Positions 59,870 to 64,000 of a stretch of 64,000 nt of DNA are shown here, piece by piece (the first letter of the stretch is position 1; the number at the start of each line of letters is the position of its first letter). This DNA comes from an uncultured Verrucomicrobiae bacterium (lineage in GTDB: Bacteria; Verrucomicrobiota; Verrucomicrobiia; Chthoniobacterales; JAFAMB01), in assembly GCA_963837955.1 (NCBI GenBank), contig CAWIPH010000002.1, forward strand, positions 1,856,001 to 1,920,000. Direction: 5' to 3'. Both the position numbers and the translations under genes were made by a program. The notes under the pieces are model-generated. The model saw only the letters and a list, made by a program, of their open reading frames with translations, was not told the DNA's origin and did no database searches.

Positions 59870-60268
59870 ATGATCGATGTGAATGACCAAGCAACAGCAG
59901 CCGTGGCAAAGCTTGTGACTAAACTCGAAGACGCGCGATTCGTCGCGATGTTGGGGCGCGATCTGTCGACCTTGCAAGGATTGTTGGCTGACGACTTGAT
60001 CTACATCCACTCGACGGGGGTTGTGCAAAACAAAGAAGGATACTTGAAAGCACTTCGGGGTGGCGATCTCATCTACGAAGAGGTCACAACAGAAGACCGA
60101 GAGGTTAGCCTGCTCTCTCCGACGGCCGCTTTAATCCACGGATCGATCCTGATGAAGCTCAGGGTGAAGGGCGAAGGGAAGACCGTGCACAGCATTTTCA
60201 TCAACTCGTGGCGACTGGTTGATCGCGATTGGCAAATGGTTTCGTGGCAATCGACCTCGATACCGTAG
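59870..60268 (+). CDS. NTF2-like / DUF4440 protein
   Basis: LLADDLIYIHSTG...KEGYL, WQMVSWQST. Confidence 0.9.
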   Translation: MIDVNDQATAAVAKLVTKLEDARFVAMLGRDLSTLQGLLADDLIYIHSTGVVQNKEGYLKALRGGDLIYEEVTTEDREVSLLSPTAALIHGSILMKLRVKGEGKTVHSIFINSWRLVDRDWQMVSWQSTSIP

Positions 60269-60349
60269 CGCTGGGAGCTCCGGTCTGCGGCTAACTTCAT
60301 GTGTCCTCCTCGGCCCGAGTGATGTCGGCCTGACGATAGCTGATTCAGC

Positions 60350-60626
60350 CGCTAGGCTAATCACTCGAGAACCGGTCGGCTCGGAAAACGTCGTTCTGGG
60401 CGCAAGCACATTCGAGCCGGGTGGTGTGCACGAACATCACTGCCACCCAATCCAAGCCGATCCCGAGTTCGCTCGTAAGGCTGAGAAAGGTATCCCGCTT
60501 GGCAGGTTGCAGACTGCTGAACAGATCGCCAAAGCGAGCGCTTTTCTTTGTTCAGAAGCAGCCGAAGCGATCACGGGCGTCACCCTTTTGGTCGATGGCG
60601 GAGCTTCATTGTTCAAATACGACTAG
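60350..60626 (+). pseudogene. Chimeric remnant: cupin N-part fused to SDR C-terminus
   Basis: RLITREPVGSENVVLGASTFEPGGVHEHHCHP joined to IPLGRLQTAEQIA..AFLCSEAAEAITGVTLLVDGG; no good start. Confidence 0.75.
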
Positions 60627-60731
60627 AACCTTTCCTGAGGCGGGAGCATCAGGCTACGTCTTACAAAAACGTGTTCACTTGTCCCGAGCGCGTCGGTTCG
60701 TTCGTTGAGACGTCGGAAAACAATACAAACT

Positions 60732-61205
60732 ATGCAAAAAATCACACCATTCCTGTGGTTCGATAACCAAGCCGAAGAGGCCGCAAAGTTTTATACTTCC
60801 ATCTTCAAAAACTCGAAGATTAGCAGCATCTCTCATTATGGAGAAGCAGGACCCGGACCTAAAGGATCGGTCATGGTAATCACTTTCGAGCTCGCCGGAG
60901 AGGAATTCATGGCGCTAAACGGCGGCCCACTGTTCAAGTTCACTGAAGCCGTATCTCTATCCGTGAATTGCGAAACTCAGGAAGAAGTAGATGAGCTTTG
61001 GGAAAAGCTATCCGAGGGCGGAGAAAAGGGGAGATGTGGATGGCTCAAAGACAAGTATGGACTCTCATGGCAGATAAACCCAACCGTTTTAGGCAAGATG
61101 TTAAGCGATAAAGACGCTGAAAAATCAAACCGAGTCATGCGGGCCATGCTTCAGATGGACAAAATCGATATAGGCAAATTAGAGCAGGCCTACGAGCAAC
61201 GATAG
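60732..61205 (+). CDS. PhnB-like VOC protein (3-demethylubiquinone-9 3-methyltransferase family annotation)
   Basis: [30 protein letters not shown]. Confidence 0.93.
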   Translation: MQKITPFLWFDNQAEEAAKFYTSIFKNSKISSISHYGEAGPGPKGSVMVITFELAGEEFMALNGGPLFKFTEAVSLSVNCETQEEVDELWEKLSEGGEKGRCGWLKDKYGLSWQINPTVLGKMLSDKDAEKSNRVMRAMLQMDKIDIGKLEQAYEQR

Positions 61206-61589
61206 GCCGACTCGACTCGCACTTATTTGGATCGCGCGGCGAGTAGTGGGTAAGGGCCAAGTCTAAATTGCCCGCACCGGCAACAACTTTGTGCTGGTTA
61301 TAGATGCGACTCTGGTTGTGCCTACCATCACGAGTCGGATTGATATGCGGATCGGTTTTTTCCGACAGCGTCCTCTCTATCGAACGTTTAGCTGGTCCAC
61401 CCACTTTATTCTGTTTGTGCCGAGTTAGCGTTCGCCGGATGCTCGAACCGCGTGGTCTCCCGATATGTAGCTGGCCGCCTGAACTATGCAAAGGCGCGTG
61501 AGTACTTTGAGCTCCTTGGTCCATCAAACTTTGAGTTGATTAAACACTCTAGGATCCGCTAAGGAAATAATCGCGAGACATTAATATCT

Positions 61590-62069
61590 ATGTATCGCAA
61601 ACTCTGTTTTGGATTAGTAGCGCTCCTCGCCTGCTTCCTGGCAGGTTGTTCGACTGTCGATAGCCGCATCAAGTCCAATCCGCAACTTTATGCTTCACTC
61701 TCACCAGCGGACCAGGCGCTGGTTCGGCAGGGACAGATCAGGGCAGGTATGTCGAAAGCCGCTGTATTTCTCGCCTGGGGCAATCCCGATCACATTCGAT
61801 CAGGGTTCCGTAACGGACATCCGTTCGAGGCATGGATTTACACAACCACACGCACTAAGGTTGTACCGGATTATTATTACTACCCCGGTGTTTATCGATT
61901 TGGATATTTTCGCGGCGGGGTTTGGCGGCATAATCACCATTTCTATTCTTTTGGTCTTTATTCGTATCCCTTCGATCCGTACCCGGACATAGTCTCTTAT
62001 GAGGTGCCATACAAAATTGCGTATTTCGAAGGAGATCGTTGCACTGGATGGGAGTACCTGAGAGATTGA
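61590..62069 (+). CDS. Lipoprotein (SmpA/OmlA-like small domain)
   Basis: Lipobox LAG-C; GMSKAAVFLAWGNPD...EAWIY. Confidence 0.82.
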   Translation: MYRKLCFGLVALLACFLAGCSTVDSRIKSNPQLYASLSPADQALVRQGQIRAGMSKAAVFLAWGNPDHIRSGFRNGHPFEAWIYTTTRTKVVPDYYYYPGVYRFGYFRGGVWRHNHHFYSFGLYSYPFDPYPDIVSYEVPYKIAYFEGDRCTGWEYLRD

Positions 62070-62823
62070 GACCGGTTCGACTCTGCGTCGAGTTAACGTA
62101 GCTCGATCGCTTCAGTGTTTTGTTATCCTTATTCCGTGGGACCGAGTAGTCCGAGCGAGAACCATTCGGCGCTGCCTGGCAGAGCTAGCTCATCGCTCAA
62201 GTACCTCGACAAATTGAGCTTTAGCTCGGTTATCGCGGCCAGGGATTTTCGGTCGTTTTGCAATGCTGATTTCGCAGTGATTGCTCACAGAAGAAGAGAA
62301 GACCTCCGAGAGCACGGCTCTACGGTTTATCCTTCCGGCCGGACCCTTTGTACACAGAACCTTACCTAACGCTGCGCTTACGGGTCGTGGATTCCTGCTT
62401 TTTTCGAGTTGGCTGCTGATCGTTTTCTCCCCCCCGGATAGCCTGCTAGACGATGCGCCGCCGGTCGAAATAGGAGCGCACTGGTAGTCGGCGGGGTTAA
62501 TATCTTTCATTTATCATTCCTATTATAGGTTCCGTAGAACCCAGCCCTTTTCCGGAAAGAATAAGAACCATTGGCAGGCTTGCTTGTTGGACTACTTCCA
62601 CAGCTTTCTGGTACAGTTTAGAAAGTAGTTTTTGGTAGGATAGAGTTTGCTTCGTCCGCTAGGACAGGAGTTGATAATTCGAGCTGAAGGTCAGTCCGAC
62701 TAACCCTTCGCCTTGGTGATCTGCGAGTTTTAATCGCAAGGATTACCGGTAGGCAACCGCAGAGGGTTAACATCAACACGGCTGGAGATAGCTCGCCGTC
62801 TGAAACTCAACCTGAGGAGGGCT

Positions 62824-64000
62824 ATGCCTTTTCTTTTGAAGTTGAAAAATCGCCGTCGCGGTAAGATCCCGACGGCTACGTGCGGCGTTGTCCGCCGCGC
62901 GGTTACGCTATTAACGATTTCCCTCGGCGCTTTGGGTATTTCGCCAATGGTTATCGCGCAACAGCCGCAAGTGACAGGTCAGTGGGTGACGCTGCCCTAT
63001 TCGATGCCGATCAATCCGATTCATGTGGGCATGATGCATACTGGCAAAGTACTGATCGTTGCCGGATCGGAGAACAATCCGAAGAACCATCATCTAAATC
63101 AGTCCAAAGCGGCCGTGTGGGATCTCGGCGGCGGGGACATAACCCAGGGTAAGATCACCCAGACACCGAACCTAACCTGGGATGTTTTCTGCAACGGCTG
63201 GGCATTTTTTCCTGATGGACGCTGCTTGGTTATCGGCGGCACGGCACAATATGACCCCTTTCACGGAGAACCGCGAACTACGGTCTTCGACCCGCTGACG
63301 GAGCAGTTCAGCCAGATGCAATATATGGCGCACGGCCGCTGGTACGCGACCGGCATCGTTCTGGCTGACGGGCGCATCATGGCGTTCTCGGGCCTCAATG
63401 AGCTTGGTGTGGTTAACAACCAAGTCGAATTTTACACGGTCGGATCTGGCTGGAGCAGCCCGATCACAGCGCCTTACAATCCGAAGCTCTATCCGTGGCT
63501 CCATGTCCTGCCAGACGGTCGTGTCTTCAATTCGGGAAGTTCACCGTTTTCGAATATGTTCGACCCGACTAGCCAGACCTGGACGGTAAATTTTGCGAAA
63601 ACCTCGACCGGCATAGGCCGTACCTACGGAAACTCCGTTCTGCTGCCGCTTCTACCGCCGAATTATGCCGCACGCGTGATGATCCTGGGCGGTCGCATGC
63701 CGAATGCCACAGCGACAACTGAAATCATCGATTTCTCCAAATCTACCCCGACTTGGGTTAGGATGGGAGATATGCCGTCAGGAGCCCGCATTGAGGGCAA
63801 CTCGGTGCTTCTTCCGAACGGCAAGCTCCTAGTGCAAGGCGGGTCGAGGGTGAATAACGACGCAACCACCGCGACGCTCGGAGCCGACCTGTTCGATCCG
63901 GCGACTGGATCGTGGTCATCAACCAAGCCCGGCGGCGCCGGTTTCGCGACGTTCGCGCGCATGTATCACTCGGTGGCGCTGCTCCTTCCGGATGCGACCG
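62824..64000 (+). CDS. Secreted galactose-oxidase-like copper radical oxidase (AA5/GlxA-like); runs off the window end
   Basis: Not in the ORF track; translated by hand: signal peptide, PINPIH, DVFCNG (cross-link Cys), GRWYA (Tyr), kelch GG repeats, RMYHS; GAGGAGG RBS. Confidence 0.9.
   Translation, partial: MPFLLKLKNRRRGKIPTATCGVVRRAVTLLTISLGALGISPMVIAQQPQVTGQWVTLPYSMPINPIHVGMMHTGKVLIVAGSENNPKNHHLNQSKAAVWDLGGGDITQGKITQTPNLTWDVFCNGWAFFPDGRCLVIGGTAQYDPFHGEPRTTVFDPLTEQFSQMQYMAHGRWYATGIVLADGRIMAFSGLNELGVVNNQVEFYTVGSGWSSPITAPYNPKLYPWLHVLPDGRVFNSGSSPFSNMFDPTSQTWTVNFAKTSTGIGRTYGNSVLLPLLPPNYAARVMILGGRMPNATATTEIIDFSKSTPTWVRMGDMPSGARIEGNSVLLPNGKLLVQGGSRVNNDATTATLGADLFDPATGSWSSTKPGGAGFATFARMYHSVALLLPDAT

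Noticed and set aside
62115..62510. ORFs between the lipoprotein and the oxidase
   Set aside because: Conflicting frames and no family features
1..64000. CRISPR arrays, tRNA/rRNA genes, intact IS, integrase, phage or defence genes
   Set aside because: No regularly spaced repeats, cloverleaf/rRNA signatures or corresponding protein motifs seen

Overview
Bacterial accessory/metabolic region of moderate-to-high GC. Gene content suggests a soil Gram-negative organism, possibly Verrucomicrobiota (inference only). I found no rRNA, tRNA, CRISPR array or intact transposase. Main blocks: (1) 1-1.9 kb, two tandem paralogous beta-lactamase-fold serine hydrolases. (2) 4.3-8.6 kb, a regulator patch (ArsR, NsrR-like Rrf2, MarR) with repeated operators visible in the DNA in front of small unknown genes. 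(3) 9.1-20.1 kb, LysR plus a nitrate/nitrite assimilation operon: NasS/NrtA-like protein, NarK, NirA, CysJ-like diflavin reductase, a 4x[4Fe-4S]-DmsC membrane-anchor fusion, and a Mo-bisPGD nitrate reductase with no Tat signal. (4) 26.9-37 kb, cydAB, YoaK and a six-gene two-component cluster. (5) 42.5-60.6 kb, a catabolic island of unknown substrate, tied together by six copies of the palindrome AAGTGTATACACTT (likely GntR operator). It encodes an HpsN-like HisD paralogue, an extradiol-type VOC dioxygenase, a sugar ABC transporter, Gfo/Idh/MocA, an IolE-like TIM barrel, FAH, SDRs, a Zn-ADH, cupins and a GH13. (6) From 62.8 kb, a secreted galactose-oxidase-like copper radical oxidase behind a structured leader. 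Several deletion scars and gene remnants are also visible. All calls come from motif recognition by eye; no searches were run.
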